Positions 8,379 through 16,942 of a DNA stretch of 63,688 nucleotides are shown here, piece by piece. The stretch's first letter is position 1. The number at the start of each line of letters is the position of its first letter. Source of the stretch: an uncultured Bacilli bacterium. GTDB taxonomy: Bacteria > Bacillota_I > Bacilli_A > RFN20 > CAG-449. The translations under genes were made by a program, and so were the position numbers. The notes beneath the pieces were generated by a model, which worked only from the letters and a program-made list of their open reading frames with translations, did not search any database and was not told where the DNA came from. The stretch spans positions 1-63,688 of the forward strand of contig CANRDP010000002.1 in the NCBI GenBank assembly GCA_947629415.1, given 5' to 3'.

Positions 8379-11081
8379 TTATGATTCAAGAGTAAAACTT
8401 TCTAATGTCTCATAGGTATCAACGTAATAAGAAGAACTACCATTCACACGTAAAGTTCCTTCAACGACTTTTAAAGATCCATCATCTTGAAGCTCTAACA
8501 CAGCATTCCCACCACTTTGTTCAAAAGTTATTCTCTTTGAAGCAGAATCATAGGTGTATTTCGCAGCCTTTTGTTCATTATAAGAAGAAGTTGGAATTTT
8601 ATTCGACGGGCTATAGCTATAATCCCCCCATAGATGTGCCGTATCTAAATTATCAAAGTAAATATAGACCCAATAGTAAGAGGAACTAAAACCCGTATGT
8701 TTTGCTCGATAAGCTTTTCCGTAAACCGCATTTTCTATTACTTGTTCTTCTTCAAGTGTCGCAGTACTATCTTGTGTATTTAATGTTGCCACAATACTGT
8801 GTCTTGTGCCACCATCAAGATAATACATTTCAATTTTCTTTTTCAATTCACCAACATCATCATCTGAAATCTGATATTCCCAAACATGATTATCATATTT
8901 TACTTTATTGGAATAGACGACAAGATCTTTTTCTTGAGCAGTAACACGATACGTACCTTCAAATCCATTAGGTAATGTAACCGTTCGAGTTGAAGCTGTA
9001 CTTCCGGACACGGTAAGCAATAATTCATCTTCACTATAGATACTATAATCCACACTGTCATCCGTTACATGTGTACCTTCTTCAAATCGGAACTCTACAT
9101 CTTTATATAAGTGATCGTTCTCAGCATCCATTAAGTAAGTCAGATAAGGTTCACTATCTTTATAAACTTGTCCGACATGATATTTACCACCATTAAGTTC
9201 TTGAGAATAAACCGTGAGATTTTCACTATCCGATACTTTAAAGAAGAAATATGCATCCTCCGGATAAAGATCTGTTCGATCCATCGAAGTCCTGATCAAG
9301 GTGGTCATAATGAACATTTGATCATCATAATACGCTTTAATCTGATGTGAACCTTCGTTATGGATTAATATTTCATTATTTCCCGCACTTTGAATCGAAA
9401 GTTCTTCATCATTGGAACCTCCGCCGATATTAAAGATACCGGATCCATCAAGATGAATGCTTAATGGTAACTCTGTAACCGAGGCAGCAGAACTATATCC
9501 TTTATAATCACCTAAGAAATCTCTACCGGCAAAAGTTGTCATATTCTTTTCTTCAACATTAAATTCAAGAACAGTACCATCTTTTACTTCCGGCATTGTA
9601 TTTAATTTATAATAACCATCTTCAAAAGATAAAGTTTGATCGCTTGAATAACTACTTCCTTGTGTCGTATAGTGTGCGGTAATTTTACGCACGGCATAAT
9701 CGGCACTATCACTTTCGGCTTTTAAATAAATCGTATCGCCATAAACTGCTTTATCTTCCTCTAATGGCACATAATTTTCATCGACTTTCTTATATGCCTC
9801 TGCCGTTATATGAGTAGAATTCGTAATGGTAAAGTTACGATAATATGTAGCAGTTAAAACTTCCATACTTACATCATAATATGGCATTTCAAAAGTCACA
9901 GAAGTTGGTGAATCATCATTTACCATTACATTTTGATTCATCTCTGGAATGGAAATACCCGAAGGTCGTTCTTCTTTGAACAATCTTTTCAATTCGGTAT
10001 CACTTACCCCTAAATCACTTTCTTGTTTGAATGTAATGGTAATTTCGGAACCATACATTGCATCAAAAGTTTCTGTTCTTTGAACTGTTCCGTCAAGTTT
10101 TACTTCTTTAATAAAGCCTTCATCATCGGATTTTGTTACTTGAAAATATGCTCCTGTAACACCAATTTCAACTTTGACATTACCTTCCGGCATTTGGAAA
10201 GAAATAACACCATTTTGGACGGTGCATTCTACTGCACCGGATTCGGAATTATCTCCGGTATAAACTTTTACTTCGCCCGTAAAGACATATCCCGGTTTTA
10301 AAGAAAAACTCAAAGAAACTTCATCTTCTTTTTCCGCTGTTAAATTTCCATGTAAAGTTGCTACATCACTGGAGGCATTTTCAATTATAAAATAATTTCC
10401 AATGGTGCTCGTTTCCAGATTGATTTCAACATCTTCCGCAGGCATATAGAAATAATATTTACCATTTCTTGTACCACATTCGATGTTATTTGCCGTTACT
10501 TTCAAAACTTCAACCGCAGCATTATCATAAGTTAATGTTACTTCGACAAGTTCCCCTTCTTTTGCCTTATTGGAACAAGACACTTGAACCCCGGAACTTG
10601 CTACTGCATCCGCAAGAGTAATATTATAAGAACCCTTCACGGTAACCGAAATTTGCTTACTGGCTTCCCCTTTCACGGCGGAAATCGTAATGGTTGCATT
10701 CCCTACGGCCACACCTTCAAGTAATCCTTCACTATTAACCGTAACAACACCGGTATTACTTGATTGATAAGAAAGTTCTTTATTTGTCGCATTTTGAGGT
10801 AAAACCGTAGTTTCAATTTGAAATTGATCCCCAACATACAGGGAAACGTTTTCTTCATTTACATTAATTTGACTTACGAAAACTTCAAAACTTGAATTCG
10901 ATGTTGCACTGGAGCTGGAACTATTTCCTTCGGATGAAGAACTGCTATCGGATAACGAACTTGAAGTTAGACTGGATAAATCCGTATAAAATGAACTTAA
11001 AGAATCGCCAATATTATTACAAGCCGACAAAAACAGACTGATAAATAATAATGCAAAACAACTTGTTTTTTTCTTATTCAT
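8379..11081 (-). CDS. lipoprotein with Big_2-like Ig domain and repeated beta-modules (surface protein)
   Basis: 900 aa. Lipobox (LFLSA|C), Ser-rich linker, and a Big_2-like segment (VSLYVGDQFQIETTVLPQNATNKELSYQSSNTGVVTVN...GNATITI). Modules end in F/Y-x-MP-x3-V (YYFYMPAEDVEINLE, ISFQMPEGNVKVEIG, VTFEMPYYDVSMEV). The C-terminal domain starts FLGDYKG. Confidence 0.8.
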   Translation of the reverse strand: MNKKKTSCFALLFISLFLSACNNIGDSLSSFYTDLSSLTSSSLSDSSSSSEGNSSSSSATSNSSFEVFVSQINVNEENVSLYVGDQFQIETTVLPQNATNKELSYQSSNTGVVTVNSEGLLEGVAVGNATITISAVKGEASKQISVTVKGSYNITLADAVASSGVQVSCSNKAKEGELVEVTLTYDNAAVEVLKVTANNIECGTRNGKYYFYMPAEDVEINLETSTIGNYFIIENASSDVATLHGNLTAEKEDEVSLSFSLKPGYVFTGEVKVYTGDNSESGAVECTVQNGVISFQMPEGNVKVEIGVTGAYFQVTKSDDEGFIKEVKLDGTVQRTETFDAMYGSEITITFKQESDLGVSDTELKRLFKEERPSGISIPEMNQNVMVNDDSPTSVTFEMPYYDVSMEVLTATYYRNFTITNSTHITAEAYKKVDENYVPLEEDKAVYGDTIYLKAESDSADYAVRKITAHYTTQGSSYSSDQTLSFEDGYYKLNTMPEVKDGTVLEFNVEEKNMTTFAGRDFLGDYKGYSSAASVTELPLSIHLDGSGIFNIGGGSNDEELSIQSAGNNEILIHNEGSHQIKAYYDDQMFIMTTLIRTSMDRTDLYPEDAYFFFKVSDSENLTVYSQELNGGKYHVGQVYKDSEPYLTYLMDAENDHLYKDVEFRFEEGTHVTDDSVDYSIYSEDELLLTVSGSTASTRTVTLPNGFEGTYRVTAQEKDLVVYSNKVKYDNHVWEYQISDDDVGELKKKIEMYYLDGGTRHSIVATLNTQDSTATLEEEQVIENAVYGKAYRAKHTGFSSSYYWVYIYFDNLDTAHLWGDYSYSPSNKIPTSSYNEQKAAKYTYDSASKRITFEQSGGNAVLELQDDGSLKVVEGTLRVNGSSSYYVDTYETLESFTLES

Positions 11082-11093
11082 AATCGTCCCTCC

Positions 11094-12908
11094 TTATGCC
11101 GCATCCGCGGGAGCATATACTTTATCGGTTACTGTTCCGATGGTTTGTTGACCAACTTTAATTGTAAAGGAAGAAACACTTGTTATATCTTTTCCTGCTT
11201 CTACTTCAAATGTGACATTGGCAGCATAGAATTTTTTATTTGTTGCATCAAAGAACATGGATGCATAATGTTCCCCATTGTGTAAGGCTTCAATAGCAAC
11301 AAAAGATTTGTCACTTGCAGATACATAACGGAAAGAATATTGAGAATTTGCATCATTTTCATTTTCTTTTTTCACATCAACTAAATAATCTTGTCCAAAT
11401 GCATCACTCAATTTTTTCGAAAAATTCCAGTTTGCAAAAATAAATTTTCCACCATAACAAACATCTACCGCGGAATCATCACTTCCATCAAAAGTAATTG
11501 TTCCATCTCCTGTTTTTGCACTTGCTGTTTCAATGACTTTTGTTGTGATAGAAGAACTAGATCCCTTGGTGAAATTACCTAAATTATCAATAGTTATATT
11601 ATATGAATCCGTCACAATCGCTGTATTTAAGTTAACATTATATATATTATTTCCCACATAAGATCCTAAGAATTCATAATCTTTGAATTTAATTTCTACC
11701 GATTCCACGGAAATAGATACATCGTCGGCATCCGGCATTGTGAAAAAATAGATATCATCTCCATCATCACTTTTTGCCGCGCTTAAAGAAGAACTTCCAT
11801 AGGAAATTTTGACATTCTTCAAAGCATAATTATCATTCGTATTTGTTACTTTTAAATAAACATATTCCGTGGGAATGAATTTCGTTAAATCGGTAATTTC
11901 TTCATATTCATCTCCACTTTCGGCTTTTTTCACAGCCTGAATCGTGAATTTATCATCGCTTTGAATCGTAATGGATTTATAATTTACTTCTGTTTCTACC
12001 GAAAGCTCAACATTAGATGCAGGCATGCTAAATAGAACAAAATCTAATCCATCATCCGGATAAAGCTTTTGTTCTCCTGTATTTGTCTTTAAAATTAATC
12101 CTTTTGCACGTGCTTTTGCGCTATCTTCCAGAGTTACTTTAATTTGTTTTCCATAAAGTAAAAGATTTTTCGCATATTTCCCAAGAATCTCTGAAGATTC
12201 TTCTACCTCTAATTTTTCTATTTTCGAAATATAAGAGGAACTATCACTTTCTACTTCTAACGAGAATTTTTTTGCAACTTTTCCAACCGAGACTTCAACA
12301 TTATTCTCGGGCATTACGAACGAATAATATGACCCCCCCCCGTTGGAAACTTCAATTGCTGCGTCTTCTTGTAATTTTACTCCATCTGCATCGACTTTAT
12401 AAACTTCGACTTTATTATTAAAGGAGTAAGGTGAATCCCACGCAAATTCCACTTTAAACGATACGGTATCTCCCGGAGCTGCTTGTGCTGCTGCTCCATC
12501 AAGAAGAATACCATCTTCTTCATTAGCATTACGAATATTATACTTTTGAACATTGGATAAATATTGTCCTTCCACAACAAGACTCACTGCTTGATCCGGC
12601 ATAACAAATGAATAATTCTTTTCCGCATTTTTAACAGCATAATCTTCATTTACCAAAACTTTGGTGACTAAATATTCTTGTGTATTATATTCCAGATTGA
12701 AGTTTACACGGGAATTTTCCAATGCGCTGGTAGCAACATTTACCGTTACAGCTTCATCTGCTTCCACTTGAATGGCATATTCTGCTTCCGCTGCTCTTTC
12801 CAAAAAAACCGGCCTTAAAATACCATTATCGAAAGCCGACGGTAAAAGCATACCGGATAAAGTGAGTAAAGGAAGTGCCACAAGTAAAACTTTTGAGGTT
12901 TTTTTCAT
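11094..12908 (-). CDS. secreted/anchored surface protein with four ~96-aa repeat modules (paralogous architecture to 8379..11081)
   Basis: 604 aa with an N-terminal hydrophobic signal. Module ends are YSFVMPDQAVSLVVEG, YYSFVMPENNVEVSVG, FVLFSMPASNVELSVE and IYFFTMPDADDVSISVE. The C-terminal domain starts FLGSYVG. RBS AGAAAGGAGAA. The stop is 12 nt before the next start. Confidence 0.8.
   Translation of the reverse strand: MKKTSKVLLVALPLLTLSGMLLPSAFDNGILRPVFLERAAEAEYAIQVEADEAVTVNVATSALENSRVNFNLEYNTQEYLVTKVLVNEDYAVKNAEKNYSFVMPDQAVSLVVEGQYLSNVQKYNIRNANEEDGILLDGAAAQAAPGDTVSFKVEFAWDSPYSFNNKVEVYKVDADGVKLQEDAAIEVSNGGGSYYSFVMPENNVEVSVGKVAKKFSLEVESDSSSYISKIEKLEVEESSEILGKYAKNLLLYGKQIKVTLEDSAKARAKGLILKTNTGEQKLYPDDGLDFVLFSMPASNVELSVETEVNYKSITIQSDDKFTIQAVKKAESGDEYEEITDLTKFIPTEYVYLKVTNTNDNYALKNVKISYGSSSLSAAKSDDGDDIYFFTMPDADDVSISVESVEIKFKDYEFLGSYVGNNIYNVNLNTAIVTDSYNITIDNLGNFTKGSSSSITTKVIETASAKTGDGTITFDGSDDSAVDVCYGGKFIFANWNFSKKLSDAFGQDYLVDVKKENENDANSQYSFRYVSASDKSFVAIEALHNGEHYASMFFDATNKKFYAANVTFEVEAGKDITSVSSFTIKVGQQTIGTVTDKVYAPADAA
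12333..12341. repeat. C9 (coding-strand G9) homopolymer inside the 604-aa surface protein gene
   Basis: gaCCCCCCCCCgtt on the + strand. It encodes Gly190-Gly192 (SNGGGSYY). It is the longest G/C run I found in this AT-rich window. Confidence 0.95.
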
Positions 12909-13225
12909 AAATTATGTTCTCCTTTCTTCTAGAATAAATCCATTTGATTCATTCGTGTCAATGAATGCATTTTCATTAATTCAAAGAATGTTTGGGTTCC
13001 CTTTGTTTTTTGAATAAATTCCTATTATGACAGATCCCTTTGCATCTTTTGTATTACGTACGAATTACAAAATTTCTGATAATAAGAATTTTTTACTATT
13101 TTTGTTTGTTTCTCCTTTTTCCTCCTTAAGTACAAAAATACGTGCATAAAATTTTTGTAAATAATGTTCTACATTTTAGCGAAAACATTTTTAAAAGTCA
13201 AAACATTTTTTTATAAATTTCAAAA

Positions 13226-13254
13226 ACGTTCATTATTCATCTAAGTGCAACAAG
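13226..13254. repeat. solo copy of the IS30-family left end
   Basis: ACGTTCATTATTCATCTAAGTGCAACAAG matches 6543-6571 (ACGTTAATTATTAATCTAAGTGCAACAAG) at 27/29 positions. Similarity stops abruptly after it, and no transposase is adjacent. Confidence 0.8.
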
Positions 13255-13385
13255 CACCAACAAACTTAAAATATTCATATAAATGTATAATAATGCCATA
13301 AAATAGGCATTTTTTTCATGATGAAAATTTATTCTCTGATTTTTTTGAGAATACGATTTTGATTTTTTTTATTTTATGGCATTTA

Positions 13386-13435
13386 AAAACTAGAAGATTA
13401 TAAAATCTTTTCTAAGATTAAAGTCTTCTAGTTTT
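13386..13435 (-). terminator. terminator hairpin downstream of ferritin (bidirectional-looking)
   Basis: A perfect 12-bp outer stem (13386-13397 with 13424-13435) encloses a 6-bp inner stem. On the minus strand it is followed by U5. It lies 5 nt after the ferritin stop. Confidence 0.65.
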
Positions 13436-13440
13436 GAAAA

Positions 13441-13953
13441 TTATTCTTCGTTTGCCGGTGCGGAATAAGTTCTTCCTTTAAGTTCCTGATCAAGCATATA
13501 TAAACCTTTGGAATCCGACCCGAAAAGTTTCATTCGTTTTACTAAATCTTCCGCATTCTTTTCTTCTTCGACTTGTTCTTTTACAAACCAATCCAAAAAT
13601 TGCATCGTTTTAAAATCTTTCACATCAAAAGCTTCACGATAGATCGTGGAAATTAAAGAGGTAACATATCGTTCATGCTCCAATCCGCTTTCCAAAGGAT
13701 CCAAATGATTCTTAAAGACCTTATCCGGTTTTGCAATTGCATCCAGAGTAACACGATAACCATTATCTTGAAGATACTTTCGCATTTTTAAAGCATGATC
13801 CTCTTCTTCTTTTGCTTGAATTTCATACCAATGAGCAAATCCATCTAATCCTTCCTCGGCATAAAAGTTAGCAAAGTCCAAATAAAGATACGCAGAATAA
13901 AATTCTTTATTCACTTGTTCGTTGATTAATTTTGCTATTTTATTTTCTAACAT
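13441..13953 (-). CDS. ferritin (non-heme, Ftn-type)
   Basis: 170 aa from ATG 13953 (RBS GGAGGA 7 nt upstream). Ferroxidase-centre pattern NKEFYSAYLYL...EEEDHALK...EQVEEE. The track's longer ORF start at 14034 lacks an RBS. Confidence 0.9.
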   Translation of the reverse strand: MLENKIAKLINEQVNKEFYSAYLYLDFANFYAEEGLDGFAHWYEIQAKEEEDHALKMRKYLQDNGYRVTLDAIAKPDKVFKNHLDPLESGLEHERYVTSLISTIYREAFDVKDFKTMQFLDWFVKEQVEEEKNAEDLVKRMKLFGSDSKGLYMLDQELKGRTYSAPANEE

Positions 13954-14016
13954 ATTATTTCCTCCATTAACGTTATTATAATCTTTTCTTTTTGAAAAAA
14001 AAGATGTTTTTTTCAT

Positions 14017-14042
14017 AAAAAAAGGAATTGCCAAACAACTCC
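14017..14042 (-). terminator. rho-independent terminator of the ferredoxin gene
   Basis: On the minus strand: GGAGUUG-UUUGG-CAAUUCC (one G-U pair) followed by U7. It lies 16 nt after the stop. Confidence 0.6.
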
Positions 14043-14058
14043 TTTTATTTTCTAATGC

Positions 14059-14247
14059 TTATTCCACTTCAATTGCTTGAGCTGGGCAGTTTGCTGCAGC
14101 ATCTTCAACATCTGCGACAAGATCATCTGGGACGGTGTCGAATTTGCTGTGTGCAACTCCATCAACGAGTTCAAAGACGCTGGGACATGTTCCTTCACAT
14201 AAACCACATCCGATGCAAGCTTCATTTACTTTGCATGTTTTGGCCAT
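14059..14247 (-). CDS. small single-cluster [4Fe-4S]/[3Fe-4S] ferredoxin
   Basis: 62 aa. CIGCGLCEGTCP motif plus a distal CP (AAANCPAQAI). RBS AAGGAGGA upstream. Confidence 0.85.
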   Translation of the reverse strand: MAKTCKVNEACIGCGLCEGTCPSVFELVDGVAHSKFDTVPDDLVADVEDAAANCPAQAIEVE

Positions 14248-14587
14248 AAATGCAGAATCCTCCTTGTTTCTTTTTTTATTATAAGAAATCTGATTTTTTA
14301 TTTCAATTATTTTTTATTATCTTAAAGATTGCAATTCATAAAAGAGCAAGTGTCACGATCAAAACGCTTTTCAACACCTTTTTATTACTGAACAAATTTG
14401 TAAGATCAAAATAAAATTCAAATCTTATCGGAAATGTATAACAAAAGAAAAAAACGAAACGATTTCTTTTTATTTTCAAATGAAATTTTAATTTATAAAT
14501 AAATTATTTTTCGTAAAAATCGGAAACAAGAAAGATTTTACTATGAATTGTTTTAAATTTCGGATAAAATTTTGAATAGGGAGGTGC

Positions 14588-14944
14588 GTGAAAACAATGA
14601 AAAAATCAAGAGTGGAACGTTTTGCCGATTACCGCAAAGAAATTTTAACTGCCGCGAATGAGCAAAAGCAAGAAACAATCGATGAAACAATGGAACAAAA
14701 AGATCCCTTTGAAAGCGAAATCAAAAAGAATGCATTATCCCATACAATGGAAGAAATCATCCAAAAACATGATGAATATACCATCATGATGGATGCATCG
14801 CAAATAAATGAAAAAAAATCTTTTGAGGAAAAAACAAAGAAAAAGGAAATGAACAAAAAAATTCTTTATCTTTCGCTTTATATCGGATTGGCGATTATTG
14901 CCATTGTTTTGATTATTCTGATTATTTTATTATTAGTAAAATAA
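14588..14944 (+). CDS. hypothetical C-terminally membrane-anchored protein
   Basis: 118-aa ORF (GTG 14588; alternative ATG 14597) after a GGGAGG RBS. Charged N-terminal part and a single C-terminal TM (ILYLSLYIGLAIIAIVLIILIILLLV). It sits directly upstream of cmk. Confidence 0.55.
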   Translation: MKTMKKSRVERFADYRKEILTAANEQKQETIDETMEQKDPFESEIKKNALSHTMEEIIQKHDEYTIMMDASQINEKKSFEEKTKKKEMNKKILYLSLYIGLAIIAIVLIILIILLLVK

Positions 14945-14966
14945 ATCTTATTGTTGGAGGAAGAAA

Positions 14967-15638
14967 ATGAATCCCGTTGTGATTGCTATCGATGGTCCTG
15001 CCGCCGCAGGAAAGTCTACAGTTGCAAAACTTGTAGCAAAAAAATTAGGTTATACTTATGTAGATACCGGTGCCATGTATCGTGCCGTAACGCTTTATGT
15101 TCTGCAAAAAGGTGCCGATCCGAAAGATGAAAATATTTCATGTTCTTTTCTTCCCCAAATTGATATTGAAGTGGATGAACAAGACCATGTGTTTTTGAAT
15201 CAACAAGATGTTACCGAAGAAATTCGTTCTCGTGCTGTAGCCGAGAATGTTTCTTATATCGCATCGTATAAAAAAATTCGTTTATTTCTTGTTGAATTGC
15301 AGCGGAAAATCGCAAAAAATGCCAATGTTGTCATGGATGGTCGTGATATCGGAAGTTATGTCGTGCCCGATGCCAATGTCAAAATTTATCAAAATGCTTC
15401 GGTCAAAACAAGAGCGAAGAGAAGATATGATGAGAATATTTCCAAAGGCATTGCCTGCACATATGAAGAAATCGAAAAAGAAGTAAAAAAGAGAGATTAT
15501 ATTGATTCTCATCGTTCCTTTGCTCCGTTAAAAAAAGCAAAAGGAGCTGTAGAAATTGATACCTCGGAAATGACAATTGAAGAAGTGGTACAACGAATTT
15601 TGGAAATTGTTCAAGAAAAATCGGGAGTGCAAAAATGA
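14967..15638 (+). CDS. cmk: cytidylate kinase
   Basis: P-loop IAIDGPAAAGKST followed by GYTYVDTGAMYRA. Length 223 aa. RBS GGAGGA. Confidence 0.95.
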   Translation: MNPVVIAIDGPAAAGKSTVAKLVAKKLGYTYVDTGAMYRAVTLYVLQKGADPKDENISCSFLPQIDIEVDEQDHVFLNQQDVTEEIRSRAVAENVSYIASYKKIRLFLVELQRKIAKNANVVMDGRDIGSYVVPDANVKIYQNASVKTRAKRRYDENISKGIACTYEEIEKEVKKRDYIDSHRSFAPLKKAKGAVEIDTSEMTIEEVVQRILEIVQEKSGVQK

Positions 15639-16942
15639 ATTTTCCTATGGTTTGCATTGTCGGAACACCCAATGTCGGCAAATCCAGCATATTCAACCGC
15701 ATGGTTGGAAGACGCTCGGCAATCGTGGATGATGCATGGGGAGTTACAAGAGATCGTCTATATGGCACTTGTGAATGGTTGACCAAAAAATTTCATGTCG
15801 TGGATACCGGCGGAATTGAAATCAAAAATGTTCCTTTTCAGCAAGAAATTCGCTCTCAGGTGGAAATCGGAATTGAAGAGGCCGATGTCATTGTTTATGT
15901 CGTGGATGGTATACGCGGATTAACAGAAGATGATCGTAAAATTGCAAAATTATTGCATTCTTCTTCACATCCCGTTCTTTTAGCCGTCAATAAAATTGAT
16001 GATATTGAAAAAATGAATCTTGTTGCGGATTTTTATGCTTTGGGATTCAAAGAAATTTTTCCTGTTTCCGCGGAACACGGAATCGGTATGGGAGATTTAT
16101 TGGATCGCATTATCACTCTTCTTCCGAAAAAAGAAGAAATACTTTATCAAGATTCGATTTGTTTTTCCGTCATCGGAAGACCGAATGTGGGAAAATCCTC
16201 TTTAATAAATGCTCTTTTAGGTCAGGAACGCGTAATTGTTTCCAATATTGAAGGAACAACAAGAGATGCTATCGATACCGAATTTGTTTATGAAGATACT
16301 TCTTATGTTGCGATTGATACCGCGGGATTGAAAAGACGCGGGAAAATTTTTGAATCTGTCGATAAATATGCTGCATTAAGAGCGATCAGTGCCATTGAAC
16401 GAAGTGAAGTGGTTCTTTTGGTCTTGGATGCCAAAGAAGGAATTACCAACCAAGATAAACATGTTGCATCGTATGCCATGGAATCTTTAAAACCGATTAT
16501 TATCGTTGTCAATAAATGGGATTTGGTTTCTTCTTGTTCCATGCAAGAATTTACAAAGAAAATCCGTATGGAATTTAAATTTTTGGATTATGCCTTTGTT
16601 GCTTTTGTATCCGCAAAAAACAAAACGCGGATCAAAACCATCTTCCCTTATATTCAAAAATCCTATCAAGCTTATCATCGACATATAACCACTTCTACTT
16701 TAAATGAAGTTCTGCAAGATGCACAAGCCATGAATCCGCCTTCCGAATGCAATAAAGGACGTTTAAAAATATATTACGGAACACAATCCGAAGGTGTACC
16801 TCCGACATTTGTTTTGTTTGTGAACTCTCCTTCGTATATGCATTTTTCGTATGAACGGTATCTGGAAAACCGAATTCGCAGTTCTTTTGATTTTGACGGA
16901 ACTCCGATTCATTTTACATTAAAGGAGAGAAAAAACGGATGA
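15635..16942 (+). CDS. der: ribosome-biogenesis GTPase Der (EngA)
   Basis: Two tandem G domains (GTPNVGKSS and GRPNVGKSS P-loops; DTGG/DTAG; NKID/NKWD) plus a KH-like C-terminus. ATGA overlap with cmk. Confidence 0.95.
   Translation: MNFPMVCIVGTPNVGKSSIFNRMVGRRSAIVDDAWGVTRDRLYGTCEWLTKKFHVVDTGGIEIKNVPFQQEIRSQVEIGIEEADVIVYVVDGIRGLTEDDRKIAKLLHSSSHPVLLAVNKIDDIEKMNLVADFYALGFKEIFPVSAEHGIGMGDLLDRIITLLPKKEEILYQDSICFSVIGRPNVGKSSLINALLGQERVIVSNIEGTTRDAIDTEFVYEDTSYVAIDTAGLKRRGKIFESVDKYAALRAISAIERSEVVLLVLDAKEGITNQDKHVASYAMESLKPIIIVVNKWDLVSSCSMQEFTKKIRMEFKFLDYAFVAFVSAKNKTRIKTIFPYIQKSYQAYHRHITTSTLNEVLQDAQAMNPPSECNKGRLKIYYGTQSEGVPPTFVLFVNSPSYMHFSYERYLENRIRSSFDFDGTPIHFTLKERKNG

Noticed and set aside
8624-8629. 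C6 (coding G6) run near the 3' end of the 900-aa lipoprotein gene as a second phase-variation tract
   Set aside because: Six nucleotides is short for efficient slippage, and a frameshift there would remove only the last ~85 residues. It is noted only as secondary to the G9 tract.
13954-14587. Fur/PerR-type operator near the ferritin and ferredoxin promoters
   Set aside because: The spacers are so AT-rich that partial matches to AT-rich Fur/PerR consensus sequences are expected by chance. I could not find a convincing palindromic box.
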